From positions 2,784,001 to 2,848,000 of the forward strand of contig OY970368.1 in NCBI GenBank assembly GCA_963718615.1: a stretch of DNA of 64,000 nt. The letters run 5' to 3'. The notes under the pieces are model-generated. The model saw nothing but the letters and a program-made list of their open reading frames with translations. It had not been told where the DNA came from and did not search any database. The translations under genes and the position numbers were made by a program. The DNA comes from an uncultured cyanobacterium (GTDB taxonomy: Bacteria > Cyanobacteriota > Cyanobacteriia > PCC-9006 > JAAUQQ01). Position 1 is the stretch's first letter. Each line of letters opens with the position of its first letter. This document shows, piece after piece, positions 38,327 through 49,114 of the stretch.

Positions 38327-39514
38327 CTAACGAACCGACCGACCGAGGGATTGATAATGCTCCCGCAACTGAGCCGCGATCGCCCCCCAACTATATCGTT
38401 CCGCTGCACAGCGGCGTGCATTCTGACCGCGAATTTGCCGTTCCGCTGCATCCTTGAGCGCCATGCGCAAATGGTCACCCACTGAATCCACTGAACAGGT
38501 GCTAATCCAACCGGCTTCAGCGGCAGTGATATCGGGATGGATATGCACCTGATCTGAAATGACGACTGGAACCCCCGCCGCCATGGCCTCCGCGACGGCA
38601 ATGCCAAAGTTTTCGTAGTAGGAAGGGAGGACAAACAAATCGGCAGATTGTAAGAGCAACCGTTTGCGATCGCCCTGAACAAACCCCGGAATTGTGGTGC
38701 GATCGCCCAAGGTAGAGTTGCGAATCCGTGCCTGAATTCCCTGTTCGTAGGCTGGATCCTGGGGATTGCCGCCCGCTAATACAAAGTGAAAATCTAGCCC
38801 TTCCCTTTGCAGTTGTTCCAGGGCAGGAAGCAGCAAATCTAAACCTTTTTTGGGATCGATGCGGGAGAAGAAGAGAAGGAGCGGCTGATCCACAGGAAGT
38901 TGGAGCGATCGCCGGAGGTCCAGCCGCTCTGATTCAGTTGCCAGTACAGGTAATGATACACCCAACGGCAATACCAGACTGGGTGGAGTTGTCCCAAACC
39001 GTTCAGAAACCTGGCATTCTTGGGCACTGGTAAAGTGAATTGCAGCGGCTCGCGCCAGATTGGGTTTTTCGAGAATCTGGGCATAGAGCTGCTTTAGCTG
39101 CTTTTTCTTTTGTAAATCGGCGGGGTCCAGTGTGCCCAGGGGACGCAGAATATAGGGTAAGTTGTGGCGGCGACAAATGGCTGCGGCGATGCTGCTCACC
39201 GGGGAAAAGAGAGCATGGATATGGGCAATATCGTACTCATCGGCGTGCTGATCGAGCCAGCGAAACAGCGGCAGCGAAAACTTGTACCGGCGGAAGGGAG
39301 AACAGCGAAAATAGCGAATTTGGTAGCCGTTTTGTTCGACGGGGCGATCGAGCGGCACATCCAACGGCTCTTGGCCATTGTCACCATTGGTATCCGTGGT
39401 CAGGATCGTCACCTCCACCCCTTGCTGTGCCAAGGCTTCGCTGAGCCCCAAGGCCATCTGGCTCGGCCCCCCGTAGACCAGCGAAATCGACGGGACAATC
39501 TGTAAAACACGCAT
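38327..39514 (-). CDS. hpsP: Hormogonium-polysaccharide-type GT4 glycosyltransferase HpsP
   Basis: MRVLQIVPSISLVYGGPSQM, RPLGTLDPADL and ENFGIAVAEAM; gene order N-O-P. Confidence 0.8.
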   Translation of the reverse strand: MRVLQIVPSISLVYGGPSQMALGLSEALAQQGVEVTILTTDTNGDNGQEPLDVPLDRPVEQNGYQIRYFRCSPFRRYKFSLPLFRWLDQHADEYDIAHIHALFSPVSSIAAAICRRHNLPYILRPLGTLDPADLQKKKQLKQLYAQILEKPNLARAAAIHFTSAQECQVSERFGTTPPSLVLPLGVSLPVLATESERLDLRRSLQLPVDQPLLLFFSRIDPKKGLDLLLPALEQLQREGLDFHFVLAGGNPQDPAYEQGIQARIRNSTLGDRTTIPGFVQGDRKRLLLQSADLFVLPSYYENFGIAVAEAMAAGVPVVISDQVHIHPDITAAEAGWISTCSVDSVGDHLRMALKDAAERQIRGQNARRCAAERYSWGAIAAQLREHYQSLGRSVR

Positions 39515-40761
39515 TAGGCGGTGACCTCCGTAGGGGGGGTGACATCACTTTTTGAAGTTGTAACTTCAACGGATTCTTGGGCTTGACAGAGTGATTCGTA
39601 GAATTCTAATTGAGCGGCAGCTAAAGCGCGGTTGGTGTAGTTTTTTAGAGCTCGCTTGTAGCCTTTTTGGCCGTATATTTGGGCTAGTTCAGGATTGTCC
39701 ATGAGTTGCTGGAGGCGATCGCGCAATTCCTCCACATTGCCCTCCGAAAACACCAAACCGGCATCCGCAATGACGTTAGGAATCTCCCCTGAATCCGAAC
39801 CAATGACCGGTACAGCACTGGCCATCGCTTCGATAATCACATGGCCAAATTGCTCCTTCCAGCCCGCAGCGGTAAGCGTTTTAAACTGATAGGTGGTTTC
39901 CGACGGCAGCAGCAGGGTACTCATCAAATTGATGTAGTGGGGGACTTCATCGTGGGGAACGCTTTCGACGAGAATGAGCCGATTTTCTAAACCAGATTCC
40001 TTTGCCCATTGCTTGAGTTCTGCTTTCAGCGGCCCGCGTCCGAGAATAAGCCATTTCCAGGGAGGATTACCTGACCCATCACCCAATCCTTCCAGCGCTT
40101 TTGCTAACGTCATCAACCCTTTTTCCGGTACAAACCGTCCGACGAATCCAACGACGAAATCATTCGGTTGAATCCCTAGTTTTGCTGCGAGTTGTGGTTG
40201 GGATTGGGGTTTAAAAATGCGTTCGTCTACACCGAGTTGAGGCAAGATACACATGGGACCGGAGTAATGGCGATCGCGCAAAACCTCAAACCCATCCTGA
40301 TTCCCCACAATCACGCCATCAGTCCCTTTGAGGTTATAGGCTTCGAGCCAGGAAATCGGAAATTTGAGCTGATAGGGCAAGTTCCACCAGGTGAAGAATA
40401 GGAGCTTGGCCTTAAGACCCAGCAGTTTATTCAGCGTGATTAACTGAGCGTAGGCGATCGATTTCGAGCCCTGTTCAACTTGAATAATATTAGGTCGAAA
40501 TTCTCGCAGGAGTTTAACTAAACCCCAACCAAAACTCATGAGCCCTTGATTATTTTCACTGAGGCTAGGCAGGGGAACAATGCGAAAATTGCCTTCCTGT
40601 TTCGGTTGCGATTCGATGATTTTGTTTTGAACTCCGCCCGGTCGCCAGCGCTTGGGCACCACAATAGTGACCTCCATCTCCGGTCGTAGCTGGGCCATTT
40701 GCCGTAGTTTTTCGCAGTTGAGATCGACAATGTAGGAGTGGCTGACGACCAGAATTTTCAT
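39514..40761 (-). CDS. hpsO: Hormogonium-polysaccharide-type GT4 glycosyltransferase HpsO
   Basis: MKILVVSHSYIVDLNCEK, WRPGGVQNK, FFTWWNLPY and WKEQFGHV; ATG at 40761. Confidence 0.82.
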   Translation of the reverse strand: MKILVVSHSYIVDLNCEKLRQMAQLRPEMEVTIVVPKRWRPGGVQNKIIESQPKQEGNFRIVPLPSLSENNQGLMSFGWGLVKLLREFRPNIIQVEQGSKSIAYAQLITLNKLLGLKAKLLFFTWWNLPYQLKFPISWLEAYNLKGTDGVIVGNQDGFEVLRDRHYSGPMCILPQLGVDERIFKPQSQPQLAAKLGIQPNDFVVGFVGRFVPEKGLMTLAKALEGLGDGSGNPPWKWLILGRGPLKAELKQWAKESGLENRLILVESVPHDEVPHYINLMSTLLLPSETTYQFKTLTAAGWKEQFGHVIIEAMASAVPVIGSDSGEIPNVIADAGLVFSEGNVEELRDRLQQLMDNPELAQIYGQKGYKRALKNYTNRALAAAQLEFYESLCQAQESVEVTTSKSDVTPPTEVTA

Positions 40762-40802
40762 CGCGATGTTCCAGGAAGAGTGAGGCAACGGTAGGGGGAG
40801 AT

Positions 40803-41885
40803 TTATCGATTAAACAGGGGATCTTGACGGCTATAGATTTGGCCATGGTCCCAGGCAGACTTAAGAACGGTCATACCAGCCTTCAAGCTACCCAGAAAAT
40901 AGAACGCACCACGCACCAAAGTTTTCTGCAACGATGGACTCTTGTAGCAGGGCGGATGACCCAACACATGGCAATCAAACAGCTTGGCAAAGAACCGCGC
41001 ACATTGCCCTGGCGTTAGGTTCTTGAATCCCATCAAAAAGTGGTTGTGATAGAACGTGAATTGGTATTTGAGCGATCGCGTACTCACATCATGGCAACCG
41101 CCGGTTTCTTCGCCCAAATGAACCAAATGAGCCTCCGGTTCATACCAAATTTGATAGCCCGTTTTGCGAAGTCTTAGGCAAAAGTCTGACTCTTCTCGGA
41201 CGGCACTCCCCTGGAACCGCTCATCAAAGAAGATACCGTGGGTGTAAAAAATTTCGCGACGAAACGCCATGTTACAGCCCCGCGCCGTCAGTACCCGCTG
41301 AGGCTTGACCGTATGAACCAAGTCCATGTGATACCAGGCGATGCCGGGATCCATGGCTTCAGGCGGCAAGTCTTCCACAACCCGATCTTCCACAACTCGA
41401 TCTTGGCAGTTGCCTTGGCACTGTTGTCCTTCGTGGAGGGCTTCTTCCCGCTTGGCATCGGCGAGCTTCATGCGATCGAAGACCCGACCGGCTACGGCAC
41501 CGACTTCCGGGCGATCGCGCAAGACCTGGGCATGGGCTTTCAAAAACCCTTCCGGCAAGCGTACATCATCATCAATAAACACCAAAATTTCGCCCTTGGC
41601 GCGACGCACCGCATAGTTGCGGGCACCGGGTAGGCTCGCCCAGTCGAGGGTATAGAGCTGGATTTTGCCATCCGCCGCGAGCTGGTCCAGAAAGGCTTGT
41701 AGCTCTGGTTTGTGGTTGGGCAGTTGGTCTACGACGAGGATTTCGTAGTGAGGGTAGTCTAGGGCGATCGCATCTTTGAGCGTATCGTGCAGGGCGTCTT
41801 CCCGTCCGTAGGTGGGGACGATTACCGAGATTAGAGGCCAGTCCATAGATGGTGATGCTGTGTCTGTGGCTTGTGTTAGGTTCAC
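40803..41885 (-). CDS. hpsN: Hormogonium-polysaccharide-type GT2 glycosyltransferase HpsN
   Basis: PTYGRE, ASLPGARN, FIDDD, ARGCNM, SAVREESD and GEETGGCH motifs. Confidence 0.82.
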   Translation of the reverse strand: MNLTQATDTASPSMDWPLISVIVPTYGREDALHDTLKDAIALDYPHYEILVVDQLPNHKPELQAFLDQLAADGKIQLYTLDWASLPGARNYAVRRAKGEILVFIDDDVRLPEGFLKAHAQVLRDRPEVGAVAGRVFDRMKLADAKREEALHEGQQCQGNCQDRVVEDRVVEDLPPEAMDPGIAWYHMDLVHTVKPQRVLTARGCNMAFRREIFYTHGIFFDERFQGSAVREESDFCLRLRKTGYQIWYEPEAHLVHLGEETGGCHDVSTRSLKYQFTFYHNHFLMGFKNLTPGQCARFFAKLFDCHVLGHPPCYKSPSLQKTLVRGAFYFLGSLKAGMTVLKSAWDHGQIYSRQDPLFNR

Positions 41886-42098
41886 GGGATTAAGGCTGAT
41901 GCCATGGTAGCCGTGGCTTTCCGCAGAACGGAAAGGGTAACCGCACCCTCCAAGCTCTAGAGTGCACCGAATCGCCCGATTTTTATCAGGGGTTTATCTG
42001 TTCTGTTAGAATTCTGAGCCACTAAGTGCTCAATATCGGGAGTCGATTACTGTAATTCATTTTCCTCTGTCCTACCTGTTGTAGCATCGCTCTCTTTC

Positions 42099-42704
42099 CT
42101 ATCCCTCCCCTGTAAACCTCACATCTTCATAGATTTCACTGAACGCAATCTTGAACTCAATCGTTGCTAAGGCAAGTACCGCTTCTGAGGATGAATACTC
42201 ACCCAACACCCATTTGTTGTCTTCGGTTTTGACGTATTGCTCAGCATAAAAGTCATACTGGCTGATTAATACATACTCGCGAAAACTTGGAATCGAGCGA
42301 TAATAGCGGAACTTCTCCGACTGGTCATGGGCTTGGGTCGAGTCCGAAAGGACTTCAACGATGACCTGGGGATTAGTGATCACTGTTGTGCCTTCACCAT
42401 AATATTCCGGCTCCCCGTGGACGAGCATTACATCGGGATAGGTAAACTTCGGTGGTTCAGGAATCCAGAGTTTGACATCATTGATAAAGGGTCGGTAGCC
42501 TTTTCCCCGTAGCAAATATCGAGCCGCAGTGGCAAAATTAAGCGCGATTGTGTTGTGATTCGTCGTACCGCCCGCCATGGGAATGATTGCTCCACTGCGA
42601 TATTCGTGCCGCTCCTTTGCCTCCGCTTCCAGGGCAAGATATTCTTCAGGACTATAGTGGCGTTGCTCGGTGGTGGCGGTGGGAAAAGCAGAAGCGATCG
42701 TCAT
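42099..42704 (-). CDS. Uma2-family PD-(D/E)xK endonuclease-like protein
   Basis: EYLALE, MAGGT..H, YPDV, EVLSDST and EYVLISQ motifs. Confidence 0.92.
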   Translation of the reverse strand: MTIASAFPTATTEQRHYSPEEYLALEAEAKERHEYRSGAIIPMAGGTTNHNTIALNFATAARYLLRGKGYRPFINDVKLWIPEPPKFTYPDVMLVHGEPEYYGEGTTVITNPQVIVEVLSDSTQAHDQSEKFRYYRSIPSFREYVLISQYDFYAEQYVKTEDNKWVLGEYSSSEAVLALATIEFKIAFSEIYEDVRFTGEG

Positions 42705-42773
42705 GGCAGACAGAGAAATAGCAGCTTAGTACCATGGTATCAACTGTCCTTAGGTTGCAAGTTTCTGATTTTG

Positions 42774-43058
42774 TTAGGCTTTCCCATTGGGCGATTCCCC
42801 GCCAAAGGCTTTATCCCAAGCTGCGGCAGTGTCTAGGGCTTGAATCAGGTCTGGGTGATTGTCATAGAGCGCCCGCATCAGCATAAACAACTGCCGCTCA
42901 GAGCAAATTTCCAGCAGTGCAGCAATGACTTCGGCAGAATTAGCCGCCCCCTGGCCCAGAAATGGGCTGAGCGCCCAGACATCGTCAATCCAGGTTTGTC
43001 CCCCGTCATTGCCGTAGAGGAAATCATTCAGCAGGATTTTGGCTTGGGCTTTGTTCAT
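42774..43058 (-). CDS. Small hypothetical protein
   Basis: MNKAQAKILLNDFLYGNDGGQTWIDDVW...; co-directional downstream of hemC; protein-like composition. Confidence 0.65.
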   Translation of the reverse strand: MNKAQAKILLNDFLYGNDGGQTWIDDVWALSPFLGQGAANSAEVIAALLEICSERQLFMLMRALYDNHPDLIQALDTAAAWDKAFGGESPNGKA

Positions 43059-43141
43059 GAGCCTAGGGGAATTGCAAAGAAACGCGGGATGAGTACAGGC
43101 CAGAGTCGGGGCGCGGGATGCACGCCCCATCAGGGTATGCG

Positions 43142-44104
43142 TTACGCCTCAGGACGCATGGTGTCGATGATTTCCTGGAGGATCTCCTGAGCCCCTTGAC
43201 CCTTGAGGGTGTTGGCAAGGCTGATTCCCAATTGCTCGGCGTCGGTGGCTGCACCCGTGATTTGATCCTTCACCAACCGCTGACCGTCAAGGCTGGCAAC
43301 GAGGCCCGTAAGCGTGAGCTGATCCCCTTCAATCACGGTGTTGACACCGATGGGAACCTGGCAGCCTCCCTCTAACTCCCGCAGGAACGAACGTTCCGCA
43401 TAGCAGCGCTGAGCCGTGGGAACATGCTCCAGGGCTTTGATGATTTGCAGGATTTCTGGGTCTTCGGTGCGGCATTCAATGCCTAGGGCACCTTGGCCGA
43501 CAGCGTGGAGGGAGACGTCAGCGGGAATGGTTTGGTGGATGCGATCGCCCATTCCCAACCGATGCAGCCCCGCATAGGCCAAAATCAGCGCATCGTACTC
43601 GCCCGCATCTAGCTTCGCCAAACGCGTATTCAAATTGCCCCGCACATCCTTGAAGGTCAGGTGGGGATAATAGTGACGCAACTGAGCCAACCGCCGCAGG
43701 GAAGAAGTCCCGACCACCGCGCCCTCGGGCAGGCTATCGAGCTGTTTGTCCTTAAATTTTTCATGGACGACCAGGGCATCCGCCGGATTTTCCCGCTCGG
43801 TGACGCAGCCCAGCATCAGCCCTTCGGGCAGGTTCGTGGGTAAGTCCTTGAGGGAGTGGACGGCAAAGTCCGTGTCGCCATTGAGCATCCCCACTTCCAA
43901 TTCCTTGGTGAAGAGGCCCTTATCGCCAATCTTTGCCAGGGCCACATCGAGAATTTTGTCCCCTTGGGTGCTCATGGTGTGCACTTCAAACTGGCGATTG
44001 GGAAAGGCCTTTTGTAGCTCAGCCTGCACCCAGTGGGTTTGCACAAGGGCTAACTGGCTTTTGCGAGAGCCGATCCGAACGGTGCGTGGCGGGCTAGCAA
44101 TCAT
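43142..44104 (-). CDS. hemC: Hydroxymethylbilane synthase (porphobilinogen deaminase)
   Basis: [38 protein letters not shown] and LEGGCQVP motifs. Confidence 0.98.
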   Translation of the reverse strand: MIASPPRTVRIGSRKSQLALVQTHWVQAELQKAFPNRQFEVHTMSTQGDKILDVALAKIGDKGLFTKELEVGMLNGDTDFAVHSLKDLPTNLPEGLMLGCVTERENPADALVVHEKFKDKQLDSLPEGAVVGTSSLRRLAQLRHYYPHLTFKDVRGNLNTRLAKLDAGEYDALILAYAGLHRLGMGDRIHQTIPADVSLHAVGQGALGIECRTEDPEILQIIKALEHVPTAQRCYAERSFLRELEGGCQVPIGVNTVIEGDQLTLTGLVASLDGQRLVKDQITGAATDAEQLGISLANTLKGQGAQEILQEIIDTMRPEA

Positions 44105-44244
44105 GGTCTTCGAGGGTTCTTAAAGAAATTTATTTTAGAACGGGCTGTACAAGGGTTCGACATCCCGGATCCAGATTACCGTTTTGCTGACAAGATTCAG
44201 ACCAACTGCCGAAAAACCTGTAAGAATGAAACACGCGCTTTAGC

Positions 44245-44272
44245 TGTTGGCGTTTACATGTTGGCGTTTACA
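44245..44272. repeat. Perfect 14-bp tandem duplication (TGTTGGCGTTTACA x2) upstream of argC
   Basis: Read directly; immediately precedes a GGAG. Confidence 0.85.
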
Positions 44273-44292
44273 GGAGTCATTCTATATAGATT

Positions 44293-45345
44293 ATGGGCGA
44301 GCAGGTTCCAGTTGGTATTGTCGGGGCGTCTGAATACGGCGGTATCCAGTTGGTTCATCTGCTGAAAGAGCATCCCAACACCGAGATTGTCTACATCGGG
44401 GATTCGGGTCTGGCGAGCAAAAAGATCAGCGATGTCTATCCCCATTTTGGCCATCGGGGGGATTGGCTGATCGAAGAGGTGGATGTGCAGCGGATCGCCC
44501 AGCGCTGCGAAGTGGTGTTTTTTGCCCTTCCCCATGGTGGGGCCTATCAGTTCACGCCAACCCTGCTGAAGGCGGGCTGTAAGGTGCTGGATCTGTCGGC
44601 AGATTATCGGTTCTTTGATCTTAAGACCTATCAAACTTGGTATAGCTTGGAGCGATCGGACCGGGCGATCGCCTCCCAGGCGGTCTATGGTTTGCCGGAG
44701 CTCTATCGAGCGAAAATTCTTCAGGCCCAGTTGATTGGCTGTCCGGGGTGTTATGCCACGGCGAGTTTGTTGGCGATCGCCCCCCTCCTGCGCCAAGGAT
44801 TAGTCTTGCCAGAAACGCTGATCATTGATGCCAAAACCGGATCTTCGGGCAGTGGCCGCGACCTCAAGCCCCATTTTCTGATGTCGGAAGCCGGAAATTC
44901 GGTGACGGCCTATGGCGTTGCCCGCCATCGCCACACGCCGGAGATTGAACAGGTCTGTAGTGATATTTTGGGCCACGAAATGACGGTGCAGTTTACGCCC
45001 CACCTGGTGCCGATGGTGCGGGGGCTGATGACGACAGTCTATGGCACGTTGCGGGATCCGGGGCTGGTGCGGGAGGATCTGGTGACGATTTATCGGGCGT
45101 TTTATCAAAATGCGCCCTGGATTGAGGTGTTGCCAGCGGGAACCTATCCCCAAAGCAAATGGACGCTGGGGACAAATCGCTGTTTTATTGGGATTGAGGC
45201 GGATGCGCGGACGGGGCGGGTGATTTTGATGTCGGCGATCGACAATTTGATCAAGGGCCAGTCGGGGCAGGCGATTCAATGTTTGAATTTGATGATGGGT
45301 TGGGAGGAAACGTTGGGGTTACCGGCGGTTTGTTTTTATCCTTGA
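44293..45345 (+). CDS. argC: N-acetyl-gamma-glutamyl-phosphate reductase (atypical cofactor-binding motifs)
   Basis: [30 protein letters not shown] and DNLIKG motifs; the Rossmann loop reads GASEYGG. Confidence 0.92.
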   Translation: MGEQVPVGIVGASEYGGIQLVHLLKEHPNTEIVYIGDSGLASKKISDVYPHFGHRGDWLIEEVDVQRIAQRCEVVFFALPHGGAYQFTPTLLKAGCKVLDLSADYRFFDLKTYQTWYSLERSDRAIASQAVYGLPELYRAKILQAQLIGCPGCYATASLLAIAPLLRQGLVLPETLIIDAKTGSSGSGRDLKPHFLMSEAGNSVTAYGVARHRHTPEIEQVCSDILGHEMTVQFTPHLVPMVRGLMTTVYGTLRDPGLVREDLVTIYRAFYQNAPWIEVLPAGTYPQSKWTLGTNRCFIGIEADARTGRVILMSAIDNLIKGQSGQAIQCLNLMMGWEETLGLPAVCFYP

Positions 45346-46352
45346 CGTGCTCCCCAAAAACAGGCTCAAAATCTCTGCAAATGGGGAGAATCCAGGTGCT
45401 ATCTCTAGCCTTTCCATAAAATGCTGCATTAACGTAGCATCCGCGATCGCCTCTGGCGGGAAGTTCATGATTTCTGGAGGGGTTATGAGAGGAAGCAGTG
45501 CACGTCCAATGTCTTAGAACCGGATTGGAGGTCTGGCTATCCTGGTTACCGTTGACCTTCAAAACTAGTCTAGCGGTCATATTTTGGGTGTGGTTCTCAA
45601 TCCTTTGCTCACTTAGGATTTGCTCGGTAATGCGAATGGCACTCTCCATTTGTCTGGGTATGCCGCTCCCCTCCCTTTGTTGTCAAATATTTCTTTCCCG
45701 GTTTGCCGTTTGAGTTTTGTTGTGGGTCGTGACTATGGCTACTAGCGCTGGCTCGTTGAGCCCACCATTAATGAGTTTCATCACTTATTTTTAGATGGAT
45801 TCAACATACGACTGATTAGAGCCCCCCAACACTATCCGGTCAGTAGCGGAAATAATACGTTTGTTTCAGTAATGTCAGAAGGTGGCGTTGTGGTTGGCTC
45901 AAACAAATTGTCAGTTGGGCGATTTGGTAATGAAGCAGCAGGAGTTTTTGAAGGTGCTGCAAGATTTGTTGAAGCTTGTACAATATTCTGATAAAAACTT
46001 GTAATTTTTCGAGCTGCATGGCAGCGTATATCATAGGATAGCTGTATCCTAGAGTTTTAGAAGCGGGATCGGTAATTACGTAACGTTTGTTAAAAAGTCA
46101 AAACCGTTGCTGTCTAGTCGTTGCAGACGAAAAAATCGTCAGCAAGTGCAAGGCCGATTTACGCATTTTCAACGTTTCAGCAGATCTTAACCTTGTACTT
46201 GGAAATCCAAGGCCCTTAAAAAAAAGAGATTTTTTGAGCTTGCCTACGAGGGTTTCAGGCGGTATCTGGCTGGATCAGACGTTTTCAGCAAGGCCTACGT
46301 AGAAGCAGTCAATCTGGATTACTAGAAGAGATTAGCAAGTAAAACCGCATAG

Positions 46353-48881
46353 ATGATGAATGATCAAAAATCTACTAGTACCTTCAATAATTTTCTAGAA
46401 TTTGTAAAGCAATGGCGGGATGGGATCGCCGCTATCGTTAGCACTGGAGTAATCATAGGGAGCTCTTACAAGAGTATAAAGTCAGACGTAAATACTTACG
46501 TTATGGGTCTTATTGGATTGACATGGCTCGTATGCTTGTTCTTGCTGCTGCAAAAGCCACCTTCTCCCACTGCTAGTGCAAAGCGATTAGCTGGATTTCG
46601 GACTAGCGAGGACAGTGAACAGCGTCACTCTGAGGAAGAGAAAGAAAAATCTAGATTAAGGACAGAAGAAGAATTCAAAAGGAAAAAAAGGATAACAATG
46701 TTCGGAGTAGTCTTGATTCCAGTCGTTTGCTCCATTTACCTTTGGGGTTGGCCTGCGATTCAAACAATGAATGACCCTAATCCTAAACTCACTGTAATGA
46801 TTGCAGAGTTTAAAAATGAGAAGACAGGTAAAGACGATCAGTCATTTACTAAGACTATAATTACCGAATTTGGAAATATAGATAGTCGTCACAAGCAAGT
46901 TCGCTTAGTGCCTGTCAGTGAATCTTTCTCTGACAAAAAGTCTGCAAGAGAAAAGGCAAAATCTATTGGCGCAGATGTTGCTTTTTGGGGATGGTACACT
47001 GTCAACAAAGATGTTGTTCCGTTAGTAGCAAATTTTGAGATTATAGAAACAAAAAAAACTACGCCTTATATTACTGAACTCGAACAAGGTACTCATGAAG
47101 CTTCTATAACTCCAGGTACAAAAAATCCAAATAGTTCCATAGTTCGTTTTTCCATTGAAGAACTAGATAATTTTACAATTCAGACTAATTTGTCTTCAGG
47201 TGTTAATTATCTTTCCCTTTCTACTCTTGGACTAGTTAACTTTCTGAACGGCAGCTATACTGCTTCAGCAGATGCTTTCTTGAGTGCATTGCAGTGGGGA
47301 GAGGGAAAAAATAAAGGTTTTATTTATTATTATTTAGGTCAAGCATATGCAAGTCAGAAAGATTACTCTAAATCGGTTGAAGCGTTCAGCAGAGCTATAG
47401 AGCTAAATCCACAAAATACTATGTACTATATCCACAGGGGAATAAGCTATCTAGGACTTAATAAATACGATAAAGCAATCGACGATCATAGTATAGCAAT
47501 AAAAATTTCTGAGAATGGTGATCCTAATAAGACTTGTCTCTGTTTAGCTTATTTTGCTCGTGGAACTAGCTATGCAATGACTGGAATGTATGATCTAGCA
47601 TCTAGGGATTTTGATATATCTATAAAGAATAATCCATCATTTGCGGAGTCATATGCGAGCAATGGTGTAATTAATGGAATCAATGGCAATTATCAAGTCG
47701 GCATCAGGAATCTTGAAAAGGCAATTGAGTTGGGAGACAAAAGCCTAGAAACTAAAAAGAAACTTGCGTCATATTATAGTTTTATTGGAAAATACGATAA
47801 AGCTCTAGAACAATATGACTCGATTATTCAATCTAATCATAAAACATTTGATATATTTAATCGCCGAGGCTCTGTTTACGTTGATTTAAAAGATTACAAA
47901 AATGCAACTTCTAATTTCAAAAGAGCTATAAGATTAAACCCAAGATCTGCTGTTGCTTATAACGGCCTGGGTTATGTAAACTATTTACAAGGTGATATTG
48001 AAGCAGCAATCGATAGTTTTAACAAGTCAATAGAGCTAGATAATATATTTCTGCCTCCTCACCTTAATTTAATTGAATTATTCAATTCCCAGAGAAAGTA
48101 TGAAAAAGCAAAATTTACGGCAGAGAATACTATTAAAAACTTTCCAGAAGAAAGCGATGCGTATTCAAATTTGGCGATTACCAACATTAAATTAGGACTG
48201 TTTGATGTAGCCCTCGAAAATATTAATACATCAATAGAGATTTATCCAAGAAACGCGAATTATTATATGTTTAGGGGTGTTATACATAGAGGCTTAGGAA
48301 ATAAGAAGATCGCGCTAGAAGATTTTGAAAAAGCCAAAACTCTGAAGCCTAGTCAAGAGATTTTGGCGGAAATCCAAAGTAATTTAAGTTACTTGTATTG
48401 GGATCAAGGTAAATCAAAGGACGCTTTATTAGAAATCGAAGAAGCCATAGACAATGGCGGAAATTTAGCGATTGTTCAATACCATGCGGGTTTTTTCTTT
48501 AGGGCCAGTGGAAATGACGAGAAGGCAGTTCTAAGTTTTGATAAGGCGATCGCTTTAGATCCTGCCATGGATGAAGCATATTATTTGCGAGCTTCTATCT
48601 TCGATGCACTTGGAAAACGGCAAAAAGCAATAGAAGATTTCGAGAAAGCAATAGAGCTTGATTCTCGAAAGTCGAAGTATTATATTGGCTTAGCTGATGT
48701 GTATATGAAACTAGGGCTTTTTGAAAAAGCACTTACTCCACTTGAGAATGCGATTACAGTTTCTCCAGATAGCTATGAAGCATATTACACAAGATCAAAA
48801 ATTCATGAATGGCTAGGGCACTCAGAGTTAGCCAAACAAGACCTCGAAAAAGCTCAAGCAATTGATCAGTCTCAAAAATAG
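46353..48881 (+). CDS. AT-rich membrane-anchored multi-TPR protein
   Basis: Three N-terminal hydrophobic segments, an alpha/beta domain (VMIAEF...AREKAKSIGADVAFWG), then many TPRs (e.g. AYNGLGYVNYLQGDIEAAIDSFNKSIELD). Confidence 0.88.
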   Translation: MMNDQKSTSTFNNFLEFVKQWRDGIAAIVSTGVIIGSSYKSIKSDVNTYVMGLIGLTWLVCLFLLLQKPPSPTASAKRLAGFRTSEDSEQRHSEEEKEKSRLRTEEEFKRKKRITMFGVVLIPVVCSIYLWGWPAIQTMNDPNPKLTVMIAEFKNEKTGKDDQSFTKTIITEFGNIDSRHKQVRLVPVSESFSDKKSAREKAKSIGADVAFWGWYTVNKDVVPLVANFEIIETKKTTPYITELEQGTHEASITPGTKNPNSSIVRFSIEELDNFTIQTNLSSGVNYLSLSTLGLVNFLNGSYTASADAFLSALQWGEGKNKGFIYYYLGQAYASQKDYSKSVEAFSRAIELNPQNTMYYIHRGISYLGLNKYDKAIDDHSIAIKISENGDPNKTCLCLAYFARGTSYAMTGMYDLASRDFDISIKNNPSFAESYASNGVINGINGNYQVGIRNLEKAIELGDKSLETKKKLASYYSFIGKYDKALEQYDSIIQSNHKTFDIFNRRGSVYVDLKDYKNATSNFKRAIRLNPRSAVAYNGLGYVNYLQGDIEAAIDSFNKSIELDNIFLPPHLNLIELFNSQRKYEKAKFTAENTIKNFPEESDAYSNLAITNIKLGLFDVALENINTSIEIYPRNANYYMFRGVIHRGLGNKKIALEDFEKAKTLKPSQEILAEIQSNLSYLYWDQGKSKDALLEIEEAIDNGGNLAIVQYHAGFFFRASGNDEKAVLSFDKAIALDPAMDEAYYLRASIFDALGKRQKAIEDFEKAIELDSRKSKYYIGLADVYMKLGLFEKALTPLENAITVSPDSYEAYYTRSKIHEWLGHSELAKQDLEKAQAIDQSQK

Positions 48882-49070
48882 CTGATTTTCTTGAACACGT
48901 ATATTGTTGCTTATAATCTTTGGCGCAATTCAGTTTTTGAATTAAGTCTTTGCCAGAACACCTCAAGCTGACTCACAACGTGCTGCAAAACCTTAATCGA
49001 CATCTAAATCTAGAAAAGATGCTGGGCTTGTTCGCATAGGCGGAAGCGATTTGCAGGGTCGATGAATGGA

Positions 49071-49095
49071 TAAAAGGGCGCGTATTCCGCGCCCC
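49071..49095 (-). terminator. Rho-independent terminator of htpG
   Basis: The minus strand reads GGGCGCG-GAATA-CGCGCCC-TTTT, about 20 nt after the htpG stop. Confidence 0.75.
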
Positions 49096-49114
49096 TAGCT
49101 TGCTTGCTTTTGTC

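Noticed and set aside
45840-46034. 64 aa Leu/Gln-rich ORF (and 45251-45649)
   Set aside because: No motifs or clear SD, and the second overlaps argC antisense. Treated as possible debris, not genes.
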